Shown: positions 1-9,204 of the stretch, in pieces
Layout: every line of letters starts with the position of its first letter
Position numbering within the stretch: position 1 is the first letter of the stretch
Translations under genes and position numbers: made by a program
Origin: Bacillales bacterium UBA7642
Lineage (GTDB): Bacteria; Bacillota_I; Bacilli_A; RFN20; CAG-288
NCBI GenBank assembly: GCA_002483745.1
Contig: DLIM01000006.1
Span: 18,193 to 76,907, forward strand
Reading direction: 5' to 3'
DNA: 58,715 nucleotides
Notes under the pieces: generated by a model
Database searches by the model: none
What the model was told of the DNA's origin: nothing
The model's input: the letters and a program-made list of their open reading frames with translations, nothing else

Positions 1-251
1 GAAAAGTATTCAATGCCTTGGCTTTTTAGATAGCTAGTGTCATCAGGATTGCTACTCACTTCTTTTAAAGTTCTTAAATCTATTACGCCTTTAACGTTAT
101 GTTCAATAAGAAGCAACTTGAATTCATCATCCAAAGAAGTCAAAGATTTACTTCTCACATAAAAAGAGGAATGGGTAACTGAGGAAGCTGTCCTCAGTCC
201 ACCCAAATCCCTGAAATTATATTTATTGATTACTGTTTCTTTAGAGATCAT
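1..251 (-). CDS. Protein-tyrosine phosphatase-like protein (Y_phosphatase3 family). Only the N-terminal ~83 codons are present and the gene runs off the left edge.
   Basis: Not in the ORF track. My minus-strand translation from the ATG at 251..249 reads MISKETVINKYNFRDLGGLRTASSVTHSSFYVRSKSLTSLDDEFKLLLIEHNVKGVIDLRTLKEVSSNPDDTSYLKSQGIEYF. NFRDLGG followed by a (V/I)IDLR segment is the usual N-terminal signature of this family. The start overlaps the last 11 nt of galE. Confidence 0.7.
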   Translation of the reverse strand, partial: MISKETVINKYNFRDLGGLRTASSVTHSSFYVRSKSLTSLDDEFKLLLIEHNVKGVIDLRTLKEVSSNPDDTSYLKSQGIEYF

Positions 252-1371
252 TAGCGACTTTGATCTTATGGGCTTTGATACGGTCGATGTTTTCTAATTC
301 TTCATAAAGGGAAGAATGGTTTCTAGTCTCATTGACCTTATCAACATGCTGAAGCTGAACCTTAGAGAACTTGTTATTCGGATTGCCGTAAAGCTCCGGA
401 TGCTTCTTTCTCCAATTGACATCATCAGTGATCATCTGCTTTAAGTCACGGGTCGGCTTCCAGCCTAAGATTTCCATAGCTTTCTTGTTAGAGGCAACAA
501 TTGAATCCGCATCGCCAGCACGGCGAGGACCAAAGACATAGTTGACCTTCTTGCCAGTGACTTCACCGACAGTCTCAACTATTTCCTTATTGGTATAGCC
601 CGTCTCACTGCCTAAGTTGATGATAGCTGAATTGCCACCGTTTAAGAGCATCTTCATGCCTAAAACATGGGCATCAGCTAAATCAAGGACATGGATATAA
701 TCACGTAAGTTAGTGCCATCTCTAGTGGCATAATCGTTACCGAAAATCTGCATCTGTTTACCAGATTCAGAAGCATTGACGGTGACTGGAATCAAGTGAG
801 TTTCAACTGGGTGAGCCTCACCGATTGAACTATCTTCGCTAGCACCGGCAACGTTGAAGTAACGGAAGATGCAGTGCTTGATACCATAGGCTTTTTCGCA
901 ATCGCAGATTAAATGCTCGGCAGCTAATTTAGAGAATCCATAAGGTGATTCAGGATGCAAAGGAGCATCCTCAGTGATAGCTGGCTCCTTAGAGGAACCA
1001 TAGACAGCTGCTGTAGAAGAGAAGACGATATTTTTGCAGTCATGAGCTCTCATCGCTCTTAAGATAGCTAAGACACCAGAGAAGTTATCATCAAAATAAC
1101 TCAGAGGATGGCTAACGGATTCCGGAACAATGATTTTGCCGGCAAACTGCATAACGCCGACAATCTTGTTTTTGGTGAAGATAGCATCTAGAAGACCTAA
1201 GTTTCTGACATCGCCATAAACAAACTCGGCTTTTGGATCAACGGCATCGAGATGTCCGGTAGAAAGATTATCTACTACTACCACCTGAAAACCTGATTTG
1301 ACCAACTGTCTGACGGCATGAGAGCCAATATAACCGGCTCCTCCAGTAACTAAAATCTTTCCTTCTTCCAT
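241..1371 (-). CDS. galE: UDP-glucose 4-epimerase with a ~45-aa C-terminal extension
   Basis: N-terminal Rossmann motif ILVTGGAGYIGSH, then DNLSTGH and a YGFSK (YxxxK) active site. A GGAGG RBS lies upstream of the ATG. At 376 aa it is longer than the usual ~335 aa. Confidence 0.9.
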   Translation of the reverse strand: MEEGKILVTGGAGYIGSHAVRQLVKSGFQVVVVDNLSTGHLDAVDPKAEFVYGDVRNLGLLDAIFTKNKIVGVMQFAGKIIVPESVSHPLSYFDDNFSGVLAILRAMRAHDCKNIVFSSTAAVYGSSKEPAITEDAPLHPESPYGFSKLAAEHLICDCEKAYGIKHCIFRYFNVAGASEDSSIGEAHPVETHLIPVTVNASESGKQMQIFGNDYATRDGTNLRDYIHVLDLADAHVLGMKMLLNGGNSAIINLGSETGYTNKEIVETVGEVTGKKVNYVFGPRRAGDADSIVASNKKAMEILGWKPTRDLKQMITDDVNWRKKHPELYGNPNNKFSKVQLQHVDKVNETRNHSSLYEELENIDRIKAHKIKVANDL

Positions 1372-1387
1372 ATAACTTCCTCCTTTT

Positions 1388-2698
1388 TTAGCAATTGGCT
1401 AAGACGCTAGCTATCGTCTCTAAATAACTGCTATCCGAATTGTTGATAATAAAGCTTTCTTTTCCTAGCTTGGAGCTTACGCTAGGAACTAAGTCATTGC
1501 CGATGATTCCGGCATATGCCTGACCTGCTAAACCTAAGTAACCGGCAGTCTCTCTGATTTCAGGGTTGAAGTCATAACCGCCAAGCTGGCTGTTGGAACT
1601 TAAAGTTTTAGTCTTTAACGTATTAAAGCCATAACTATTATATATGGAACAACGACTTTCGGAAATGGAATTACTTAGAGCTAGGCTAATATTGCTATTA
1701 GCTTCAATAGCTTCAACTAAGGAACTGACGGCTTTTATTTTGTAGCGGGAGACTTCAAGGTTTGAGGCTATCGTTGATAAAACCGAGAGCCTTTCAGCAG
1801 AGCTAGAAGACTGATAAGTTAGGGAGTCCGAGCTTTCCTGATACTGAGCATCATAGATGACAGCATCATAGTAATTAGTAGGCAAAGTTGATCCACAGTT
1901 TACGACACTGATGACAGTGTAAGGAGAGGCGGTGTTGTTCTTGAGGGAAATACGTTTTCTTGTTCCGTCCTCGCTAGGCAAGGAGTAGAAAGTTGTGTTG
2001 ATGGCATCAGAGGAATTGATGGAGAAAGGATAGATCTTAGCCATATCGAGAGAGTTGTTAGTTGAATCATAATATTCGGTTATAGGGAAAATAAGATAGT
2101 CTCCTTCTGAGCAATCCGATAAATCAATATAGTATTTGCCATTCTTAAAGGAAGTGGAAAGGGTTGAAGGAGAGGAGGATTCAGTCGAAAGACTGAATAA
2201 GGCTATATCAGAATAACCAGTTCCGACCACCGAAGTGAGATCAGAGCTTGCTAAAGAGGAAGGGGTAATCTTGCTTTCGCTAAGATAAAGCCTAGCACCT
2301 AAAAGAGCGTAGTCTTTGATTTTAAGTTTATTGGAGATAGTAGTATCAGCTGTACCAAACTTTGAATAGACTGCCTGGCTATCAGCAAAGTTCTTGCTGT
2401 TTAAAAGAATGTAGGAATCATCTTTCTCTTCGGCATAAGCCTGTTCATTGATGACTTCATAGATAGCATAAATTGATGTCCCTAAAAGAGCTAAGACTAG
2501 GGCAGTAGAAATTATTTTTAAGGTAATCTCGACCGGACTTTTCTTTTTGGGGACTGCTTTTGTTTCGGGGATATTGTTAACAACAATGTTGATGGGATTA
2601 GGAATGTTTGGACTAGTATTATTTCCACCGGAAATATTCTGGGGATTCTCAGCGTTTTCTTCAGGCTGACTCAGATTCTCTTTGCGGTGGAAGAACAT
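1388..2698 (-). CDS. Hypothetical N-terminally membrane-anchored, Ser/Thr/Asn-rich protein
   Basis: Long ORF. A polar N-terminus is followed by one hydrophobic helix (IISTALVLALLGTSIYAIY). I recognise no catalytic motif. Its start codon abuts the asnS stop with no gap, so it is probably co-transcribed. Confidence 0.55.
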   Translation of the reverse strand: MFFHRKENLSQPEENAENPQNISGGNNTSPNIPNPINIVVNNIPETKAVPKKKSPVEITLKIISTALVLALLGTSIYAIYEVINEQAYAEEKDDSYILLNSKNFADSQAVYSKFGTADTTISNKLKIKDYALLGARLYLSESKITPSSLASSDLTSVVGTGYSDIALFSLSTESSSPSTLSTSFKNGKYYIDLSDCSEGDYLIFPITEYYDSTNNSLDMAKIYPFSINSSDAINTTFYSLPSEDGTRKRISLKNNTASPYTVISVVNCGSTLPTNYYDAVIYDAQYQESSDSLTYQSSSSAERLSVLSTIASNLEVSRYKIKAVSSLVEAIEANSNISLALSNSISESRCSIYNSYGFNTLKTKTLSSNSQLGGYDFNPEIRETAGYLGLAGQAYAGIIGNDLVPSVSSKLGKESFIINNSDSSYLETIASVLANC

Positions 2699-4084
2699 TT
2701 AGAAAAGCATGTCCTTGTAGCAGCGAGGATAAGGAAGAGTATCACGGATGTTCTGCATGCCAGTAACTAACATTACTAGTCTTTCAAAGCCTAGACCAAA
2801 ACCAGAATGAGGAATAGAGCCATTCTTTCTTAGGTCAAGATACCATTGATAGGCAGGAAGATTCATATGGAGATCATTCATTCTCTTCAAAAGCTTATCG
2901 TAATCGACTTCACGTTCACTGCCACCGCATAATTCACCGATGGTAGGAACTAATAGATCAACAGCGGCAACGGTCTTATTATCGGGGTTCATCTTCATAT
3001 AGAAAGCTTTGATTTCCTTAGGATAATCAGTTAAGAAGATAGGTCCCTTAAAGACCTGTTCAGTTAAATATCTTTCATGTTCGGATCCTAAATCCAAGCC
3101 GAACTTGATATCAGAGACTTCGAACTTATGACCGTTCTTAACGGCATCAGCCAAAATCTTGATAGCATCCTCATATTTGACTCTGGTAAAAGGCTTGTTG
3201 ACGAATTCATCAAGTCTCTTAGGAAGATCTTTATCAATTCTCTGAGCAAAGAAATCCATATCCTGATAGCAGTCTTCCCTGGTATGCTTAACGACATACT
3301 TTAGGAAACTCTCCATCAAGTCTTCATCATCGGCCATATGAGCCCAACTGATTTCCGGCTCAACCATCCAGAATTCAGCGGCATGTCTAGTCGTGTTGGA
3401 CTTTTCAGCTCTGAAAGTTGGCCCAAAAGTATAGACCTTGCCATAGGTTAGGGCAAAAGGTTCAACATGAAGCTGACCAGAAACAGTGAGATGGACATTA
3501 TCTTTACCGAAGAATTCATTAGGATGCTTAGCATCGGAATAGACATTAAAGGTCTGTCCTTCGCCTTCGCAGTCATTGGCAGTAAGAATCGGAGTATGGA
3601 TCCAATAGAAACCATTTTCATGGAAGTACTGATGGATATAATAAGCTAAAGTGCTTCTGACACGGAAGACGGCATTGAAGGTATTGGTCTTAGGTCTCCA
3701 CTGAGGAATTGTTCTTAAATAATCAAAAGAAGTCTTCTTCTTCTGAAGAGGATAGTTATCGCCGACTGAGCCAATCAGTTCAATCTTACTAGCTTCTAAT
3801 TCAAAAGGCTGAGGGGCTTCAGGAGTGACATGAAGAATGCCTTCCACTCTGACAGCTGAACCTAGCTTGATGTTCTTGCTGGCCTCATCAGTGTCTTTAT
3901 AGACAACCTGGATGGAGTCAAAGCAGCTGCCATCATTGACAGCTAAGAAGCCAACCTGACCTAAGCAACGGTTGTTTTTGACATAACCGCCGATTTCTAA
4001 TTCTTTGTTGTCAAAGTCTTTGATTTCCTTGCTTCTGACTTTAAGGAAGAGATCTTTAACATCAATTTTTTCATGAAGTTCCAT
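2699..4084 (-). CDS. asnS: Asparagine--tRNA ligase
   Basis: 461 aa class IIb synthetase layout. An N-terminal OB fold (GGYVKNNRCLGQVGFLAVNDGS) is followed by motif 2 FRAEKSNTTRHAAEFWMVEPE and motif 3 GFGLGFERLVM. Confidence 0.9.
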   Translation of the reverse strand: MELHEKIDVKDLFLKVRSKEIKDFDNKELEIGGYVKNNRCLGQVGFLAVNDGSCFDSIQVVYKDTDEASKNIKLGSAVRVEGILHVTPEAPQPFELEASKIELIGSVGDNYPLQKKKTSFDYLRTIPQWRPKTNTFNAVFRVRSTLAYYIHQYFHENGFYWIHTPILTANDCEGEGQTFNVYSDAKHPNEFFGKDNVHLTVSGQLHVEPFALTYGKVYTFGPTFRAEKSNTTRHAAEFWMVEPEISWAHMADDEDLMESFLKYVVKHTREDCYQDMDFFAQRIDKDLPKRLDEFVNKPFTRVKYEDAIKILADAVKNGHKFEVSDIKFGLDLGSEHERYLTEQVFKGPIFLTDYPKEIKAFYMKMNPDNKTVAAVDLLVPTIGELCGGSEREVDYDKLLKRMNDLHMNLPAYQWYLDLRKNGSIPHSGFGLGFERLVMLVTGMQNIRDTLPYPRCYKDMLF

Positions 4085-4116
4085 AAGATAATGTCCTTTA
4101 CTATTTCCGACTAGAG

Positions 4117-5157
4117 TTAATAAGCTCTATTAGTCTCATCATCCAAGCTTCTATTAGGTTCAGTTGATACTGATAGAGGAGCCAGACGATTCTTTTCTAT
4201 CATATGATGGGCTACTTTTGCAATCATAGCTGCATTATCGGTAGTGCACCAAAGGGGTGGAATAACGACCTGAATATCTTTGCGGTTTTCAAATCTTCTC
4301 TTCACTTCACTTCTTAAATAGGAATTAGCACTGACTCCGCCACCTACTACAACTTCTTTGACCTGATAATCGTTAACCGCCAACTCGACTTTATCTAAGA
4401 GCTGATTAACGAAGTTCTCTTCAGTGGAACGGGCATAGCTTTTAACGACATCTAGAGGCAAAGAGCCATCCGGATTCTTCTTTTCTTTCTCAATCATCCT
4501 GACGATATGGCTCTTCAATCCTGAATAGGAGAGGTTGTAGCCAGAGACTTTAGGAGTCGGTAACTTGAAGGTCTTGATATTGGGATCTTGAGAGATTTTA
4601 TCAATCATGACGCCTCCAGGATAAGGAAGCCCTAATGAACGGGCTACTTTATCAAAGGCTTCACCGATAGCATCATCTTCAGTCTGACCAATAATCTGGA
4701 AGTTTAGTTCATCTTTAAGATAAACAATATCACTGTTGCCACCGCTTGCCACTAAGGCAATCAAAGGATAATTGAAGGGAGCGGCATATTCGTTAGCATA
4801 GATATGTCCGGCTAAATGATGAACCGAGATAAGAGGAACATTCAGATACTGAGCAATAGTTTTAGCGGCCATATTGCCAATCTGTAAAGCACCAGGAAGT
4901 CCAGGGCCTCCAGTAACGGCTACATGAGTAATGGTTTTATAGTCAAAGCCTTTTAAGGAGAGAGCATAGGAGACGACTTTGGTAATATTCTTTAGATGTA
5001 GGCGGCTAGCCAGTTCAGGATAGACACCCCCAAAGCGCTGATGATCCTTGATCTGAGTATTGACAGTGTTAGCTAAAAGCTCAGTGCCATTCTTTAAAAT
5101 GGCCATAGCGGTTTCATCACAGCTAGATTCGATAGCCAGAATTACTTCATCTTTCAT
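4117..5157 (-). CDS. tsaD: tRNA N6-adenosine threonylcarbamoyltransferase
   Basis: ILAIESSCDETA N-terminus and a VHHLAGH metal site. The ORF track extends to 5181. I prefer the ATG at 5157 because AAGGAG lies 8 nt upstream and this start sits 2 nt past the rimI stop. Confidence 0.9.
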   Translation of the reverse strand: MKDEVILAIESSCDETAMAILKNGTELLANTVNTQIKDHQRFGGVYPELASRLHLKNITKVVSYALSLKGFDYKTITHVAVTGGPGLPGALQIGNMAAKTIAQYLNVPLISVHHLAGHIYANEYAAPFNYPLIALVASGGNSDIVYLKDELNFQIIGQTEDDAIGEAFDKVARSLGLPYPGGVMIDKISQDPNIKTFKLPTPKVSGYNLSYSGLKSHIVRMIEKEKKNPDGSLPLDVVKSYARSTEENFVNQLLDKVELAVNDYQVKEVVVGGGVSANSYLRSEVKRRFENRKDIQVVIPPLWCTTDNAAMIAKVAHHMIEKNRLAPLSVSTEPNRSLDDETNRAY

Positions 5158-5159
5158 AT

Positions 5160-5594
5160 CTAGAGCTCCTTTTTGTAGCAAAGAGCGGAAACGGTTAGAT
5201 AATAGTTTTCTCTCCTGCGGTATTGTTTAAAGCCTGTTCTTTCATATAGGGAGATGGCTTTTTTGTTGTTTTCTCTAACTTCTAAGAAGACGGTCTGATA
5301 GTTTTCTTTCTTAAGAAGGCTTAATCCGTAGTTTAGTAAGTAGGTGGCTTCACCTTTGCCTTCACTTTGATCAAGGATAGCTAATTCATCAATCTCAGCT
5401 TCTTGGCCTTCTAATCTAAAGCAAAGATATCCTGTTTTTTCTATTCCTTCAAGAAGAATGAGAACGAGGAAGTTTTTATCTTCGAGATAGGTAAGGATCT
5501 CTTCTTTAGTGGTGGTGGTTGCTAAGATTCTTGTATGAGACAAGCCGAAGATGAAATCTTGGTCATCCTTAGTCGCTGCTCTGACGCTGATCAT
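5160..5594 (-). CDS. rimI: Ribosomal-protein-alanine N-acetyltransferase (GNAT)
   Basis: 144-aa GNAT fold (LAILDQSEGKGEATYLL ... AISLYERTGF). It sits between tsaB and tsaD, as in the Firmicutes ydiBCDE operon. Confidence 0.8.
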   Translation of the reverse strand: MISVRAATKDDQDFIFGLSHTRILATTTTKEEILTYLEDKNFLVLILLEGIEKTGYLCFRLEGQEAEIDELAILDQSEGKGEATYLLNYGLSLLKKENYQTVFLEVRENNKKAISLYERTGFKQYRRRENYYLTVSALCYKKEL

Positions 5595-6205
5595 ATCTTC
5601 AAAGCGTATTCCGGAAGATACTCTTCCTCTTTGGAGGAGAAATCAGTGAAGAGAGAGAGGGAATTCATCATCAAATCAAGAATATCGACTTCTTTGAGGC
5701 TCTTGCCTTTAAGAACTAAATGGGCTAATTCATCTTTCTTCTCAACGATGACTTCAGGATAATCGGCTAATTCCTTTGAGACATCAGCGCGAAGAATCTT
5801 TCTATAAGAATAGACACCAGCCTTGTTTTCTCCGGCAAAGAGATTGCCGCTTCGATCGCTAAGACAGCTGATTGCATTCTTCTTTTCCTGAAGCATCAGT
5901 TTCATGGTTGCAATTCCGTAGATCTTAATTTTGTCATTGATGCCATAGATGGTTCTAGGGATAGCTAAACCTAAGCGGATACCAGTATTGCTTCCTGGTC
6001 CTAATAGGCAATAGAAAGCATCAACATCAGCCAAAGAAAAATGCAGACGGTCACCAAGGTATTCAATGCCTAAGTGTGTTCTCTCTAAGGCTCTTTTAGG
6101 GTCTCCCATATCAACTGTAAGATAGCGAGTTGAAACTGTAGCTCCTAATTCCAAAGCTTTGGTGGCGGTATTAATAAAGAGAGTTACCTTTTGATTATCT
6201 TTCAT
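5591..6205 (-). CDS. tsaB: tRNA threonylcarbamoyladenosine biosynthesis protein TsaB
   Basis: GPGSNTGIRLGLAI motif, ~200 aa, and operon context between tsaE and rimI. Confidence 0.8.
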   Translation of the reverse strand: MKDNQKVTLFINTATKALELGATVSTRYLTVDMGDPKRALERTHLGIEYLGDRLHFSLADVDAFYCLLGPGSNTGIRLGLAIPRTIYGINDKIKIYGIATMKLMLQEKKNAISCLSDRSGNLFAGENKAGVYSYRKILRADVSKELADYPEVIVEKKDELAHLVLKGKSLKEVDILDLMMNSLSLFTDFSSKEEEYLPEYALKI

Positions 6206-6635
6206 CAGTGATTACCAGCTTTCTCTTTTCTTCATCTATGTAAGTAAGCTCAACTTTGATGACTGGATGGTAGTTTATAAGATAACTGTTTCCGAAATTC
6301 GGCCATTCGATGTAAGTGATAATGCTCTTATCGCCTAACACTTCATCTAAGCCTAAGTCTTTTCTTTCTTCATCGGCATTTTCAAGACGATAGCAGTCAA
6401 CATGATAGAGAGTGAACTTGCTTCCTTTATAGACCTTGATGAGGTTGAAAGTTGGGGAATTGATTATTCCTTTGACTCCAATAGCCTTACCTAAGCCTTG
6501 ACAGAAAGCGGTCTTTCCGGCACCAAGAGGGCCAGTAGCCAATATGACTTCTCCACCCTTAAAAGTGCTAGCTAGCTGAGTAGCTATCTGTTTAGTTTCT
6601 TCAGAGCTGTTGGTGATGTATTCAGTAGTTTTCAT
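6195..6635 (-). CDS. tsaE: tRNA t6A ATPase TsaE
   Basis: Walker A GPLGAGKTAFCQGL, then SPTFNLIKVY and LYHVDCYRL motifs typical of the YjeE/TsaE family. Confidence 0.85.
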   Translation of the reverse strand: MKTTEYITNSSEETKQIATQLASTFKGGEVILATGPLGAGKTAFCQGLGKAIGVKGIINSPTFNLIKVYKGSKFTLYHVDCYRLENADEERKDLGLDEVLGDKSIITYIEWPNFGNSYLINYHPVIKVELTYIDEEKRKLVITDER

Positions 6636-8101
6636 TGATTTACTTCAGTCTTCTTTCTTTTAGAGTCGACATAATCGGCAAAATCAAATATCTGATGAGT
6701 AGCTTCTTTGAATTCATCCATGGTTCCAATATGGGGAGCTGTCTTAATCGGCAAAGACATAATATCATCGCTTAAGGTTAAGCCAAATTTGCTGCCATAG
6801 GAATTCAAGGAAATGAAGGCGGACTGAATAGTTAAGCCGACATTAATCTCATTAAGCAAAGCCACACCTTCTTTATCGAAGAATTTAGAAGCTTCACGGG
6901 GATTGATGGCATAAACGACAATATTGCTTCTAAGTCCAGGAACATGAACGGCTTCAAAGCCAGTTAAGTAGTTTGGAAGAACCGTATATTTCTTTTCTCC
7001 CATGAAGGAGATGATAACAGCTTCTTCAGACTCGACATTCATATCATAGCTATAAATCTTTCCAAACAAGCCGGTTGAAGTTTCGGTAGCTTCGGGATTC
7101 TTCTTCTTGGCTTTTTCTTCATCTTTACGTCTCTTATCGCTTTCTTTGCTATTGCCATTAGCTTCGTTAGCTAATTCAAGATCAACCATAGTCATATCCT
7201 TGTCGGATAACTCCTGAGTAGAGGTCAAGGTATCACTATCAACCGGCGAAGGAACATAAGGGGTATCATCAAGGTTTACTAATTCAGTAGGCTTTTTATT
7301 GGCATCCTCAATTTTGATTGAAGGAATAACGACAGCGACCTCAGCAACCTGGAAGTTACGGCCTTTTCTCTTGCCTTCAACTAAGGCACGGGACTGAATA
7401 GAGTTGATAACACGGAAGTAGTGAGACTGAATGATGACCTGATCATCAATCTTCGCATCAGGGCATAAGACAGGATCAGCAACTCCTAAGCCATCGAAGG
7501 TGTAACCATTGACGATATCTTCATAGACGCCTAAATATTCTTCTGCGACCTTGGAATTCTTTTTGTTGAAGACTGAGGCTAAGACAAAGGAACCGATGAT
7601 GATAGCAACAGCAATACCGATGACTGTCCAGGTAATCCACTGAGCACCTTTGTTTGTGAAGGTGACAATGATTACACCGACAAAGGAGATAATCATCAAG
7701 ACAATACTGACAATATCCCAAGTCTTGGACTTGCCAAGTTTAGCCATGAAGGTTTTCCTGGTTTTCTCAATATCTTCATCGATGGTTCTTGTACCATCGT
7801 TAACATACTTGATGGGTTTGAAATAAGAGGCATCAGTAGGCTTAGCTGTTGAACCTTTGGCATTGTAGCTGCCATCGATTGAATCAGCTTTCTCTTCTTC
7901 AGCGGGTTGAGTGATGACATCATTGACGGCTTTATCATCAACAGGAGCCTTATTTTCTTCTTCCGAAACTGAGGCATCAGCAGTTGCCTTTTCAGTTTCC
8001 GGAGCGGTTTCTTCTATAGTTTCTTTTTTGGCAGTATCTTTATCAACTGCTTCAGTTGTGTTTTCTGAAGCATCTAGAGTCTTTTTTTCATTTTCTTCCA
8101 T
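6632..8101 (-). CDS. Hypothetical membrane protein with an acidic N-terminal region, two TM helices and a C-terminal domain carrying a Lys/Glu-rich insert
   Basis: 489-aa ORF whose stop overlaps the tsaE start by 4 nt. The TM helices are WDIVSIVLMIISFVGVIIVTF and WITWTVIGIAVAIIIGSFVLASVF. I recognise no enzymatic motif. Confidence 0.55.
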   Translation of the reverse strand: MEENEKKTLDASENTTEAVDKDTAKKETIEETAPETEKATADASVSEEENKAPVDDKAVNDVITQPAEEEKADSIDGSYNAKGSTAKPTDASYFKPIKYVNDGTRTIDEDIEKTRKTFMAKLGKSKTWDIVSIVLMIISFVGVIIVTFTNKGAQWITWTVIGIAVAIIIGSFVLASVFNKKNSKVAEEYLGVYEDIVNGYTFDGLGVADPVLCPDAKIDDQVIIQSHYFRVINSIQSRALVEGKRKGRNFQVAEVAVVIPSIKIEDANKKPTELVNLDDTPYVPSPVDSDTLTSTQELSDKDMTMVDLELANEANGNSKESDKRRKDEEKAKKKNPEATETSTGLFGKIYSYDMNVESEEAVIISFMGEKKYTVLPNYLTGFEAVHVPGLRSNIVVYAINPREASKFFDKEGVALLNEINVGLTIQSAFISLNSYGSKFGLTLSDDIMSLPIKTAPHIGTMDEFKEATHQIFDFADYVDSKRKKTEVNQ

Positions 8102-8133
8102 GGGGTTTCACCTTTCTTTTGTATAGCCTCTTA

Positions 8134-8142
8134 ATTATAACA
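8134..8142 (-). promoter_or_regulatory. Candidate extended -10 element (TGTTATAAT) for the 6632-8101/tsaEB-rimI-tsaD transcription unit
   Basis: The reverse complement of attataaca reads TGTTATAAT, about 35 nt upstream of the ATG at 8101. There is no convincing -35. Confidence 0.3.
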
Positions 8143-8220
8143 AAATTATTTTAAACAAGAGAATATAATCAAGTAAATATATATATTTATATATTTCCTT
8201 TTAAAGGGTTTATTTTATTC

Positions 8221-8252
8221 AAAGAAAAAGGTTCCTGCTTTTTACAGGAACC
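8221..8252 (-). terminator. Rho-independent terminator after the 8279-9130 membrane-protein gene
   Basis: 8-bp GC-containing stem ggttcctg/caggaacc with a 7-nt loop. On the minus strand it is followed by TTTTTCTTT. Confidence 0.65.
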
Positions 8253-8278
8253 ATTTGTTTCTTAGAACTAAGCTTTAA

Positions 8279-9130
8279 TTAGACAGCAGCAATCATTCCG
8301 TAATAGAAGATAGCTACCGCATCTAAAGCAAAAGCAGCGAATGTCAGGAAATTGAAGGCGGTATGATAACCGGTCTTTTTCTTTCCGGAAGCTAAGAAAA
8401 TTAAGCTTAAATCCATGACGACAGAAGCAACGATAACTAAGGCCATACCAGTCTTTCCGACAGCATAAGTCTTGGCCATAATCGGATAGAAGCAGACAAT
8501 TACCCAAAGAAGAATAGCTAACATGACATAGTTAATAGTCTTTAAAGTCTTAGGATTCTTCTTTATTAGGACAAAGTTTAAGACGATAGCGGCAATGATG
8601 AACAAACAGACTAATCCTAAAAGCAAATATTCCATGTAAGAATATACACCACCATTAAGAAGCTGATAAGCTTCAATGTTGCTGCCTCTTAAGGGAATCA
8701 AAGCAAAGCCGGTGTAAAGAGCGCCGATCATGACGTAGAAGAGAGAATAATAAATTGCTTTCTGAAGGTCATGACTCTTAGTTTCTGCATATTTGAGCTT
8801 GTAGAACAAAGAGTAGGCAATCAAAGCTAAACCGGCGACACTGATTAAGACGATAGCGACAATACCACCGATTCCATAGCCATCCTGGCCCTTAAAGGAA
8901 GTAGTATTGCTAATACCATAGTAGAGTGCGCAGACTAAGAAACAAATGAAGCCAGCGAATCCGATAGAGTGTAAGACAATGTTGGTGATTCTCTCAGCTT
9001 TTCCCATCTTCGGAAAATCACGGTAAGAGGTATCCTCTTCCTGACCCTTTCGATAGAGATAGCTGAAGTCCATGTTGTCTATTTCGCTATCATTGTTCTG
9101 AATCTTTTTGTTAGATTTCTTTTCAGACAT
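8279..9130 (-). CDS. Hypothetical multi-pass membrane protein
   Basis: 283-aa ORF with about seven hydrophobic segments after a polar N-terminus. A GGAGGA RBS lies upstream. Confidence 0.55.
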   Translation of the reverse strand: MSEKKSNKKIQNNDSEIDNMDFSYLYRKGQEEDTSYRDFPKMGKAERITNIVLHSIGFAGFICFLVCALYYGISNTTSFKGQDGYGIGGIVAIVLISVAGLALIAYSLFYKLKYAETKSHDLQKAIYYSLFYVMIGALYTGFALIPLRGSNIEAYQLLNGGVYSYMEYLLLGLVCLFIIAAIVLNFVLIKKNPKTLKTINYVMLAILLWVIVCFYPIMAKTYAVGKTGMALVIVASVVMDLSLIFLASGKKKTGYHTAFNFLTFAAFALDAVAIFYYGMIAAV

Positions 9131-9204
9131 TTTTAAATCCTCCAGAGAAAATAGTAAATCCTATAGATTATAGTAAATTTTATAGCAAAAAAGAATTACT
9201 TTTT

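Noticed and set aside
3088-3649. Short ORFs nested in or antisense to asnS. The same kind of track ORF occurs elsewhere, e.g. 5535..5762, 7521..7977, 7911..8126, 9222..9420, 10156..10416, 10899..11168, 11283..11884, 12118..12475, 14033..15072, 16934..17128, 18966..19277, 21357..21581, 22462..22647, 24284..24475, 25524..25781, 27673..27885, 32216..32422, 33054..33492, 33812..34857, 35581..35924, 37612..37887, 39017..39652, 41078..42037, 45061..45249, 47001..47291, 47886..48137, 49292..49516, 51539..52200, 54676..54885, 55726..58099.
   Set aside because: All lie inside, or antisense to, long ORFs with clear conserved-family motifs. They have low-complexity or hydrophobic shadow-frame composition and lack RBS context. 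They are typical alternative-frame artefacts of an AT-rich genome.
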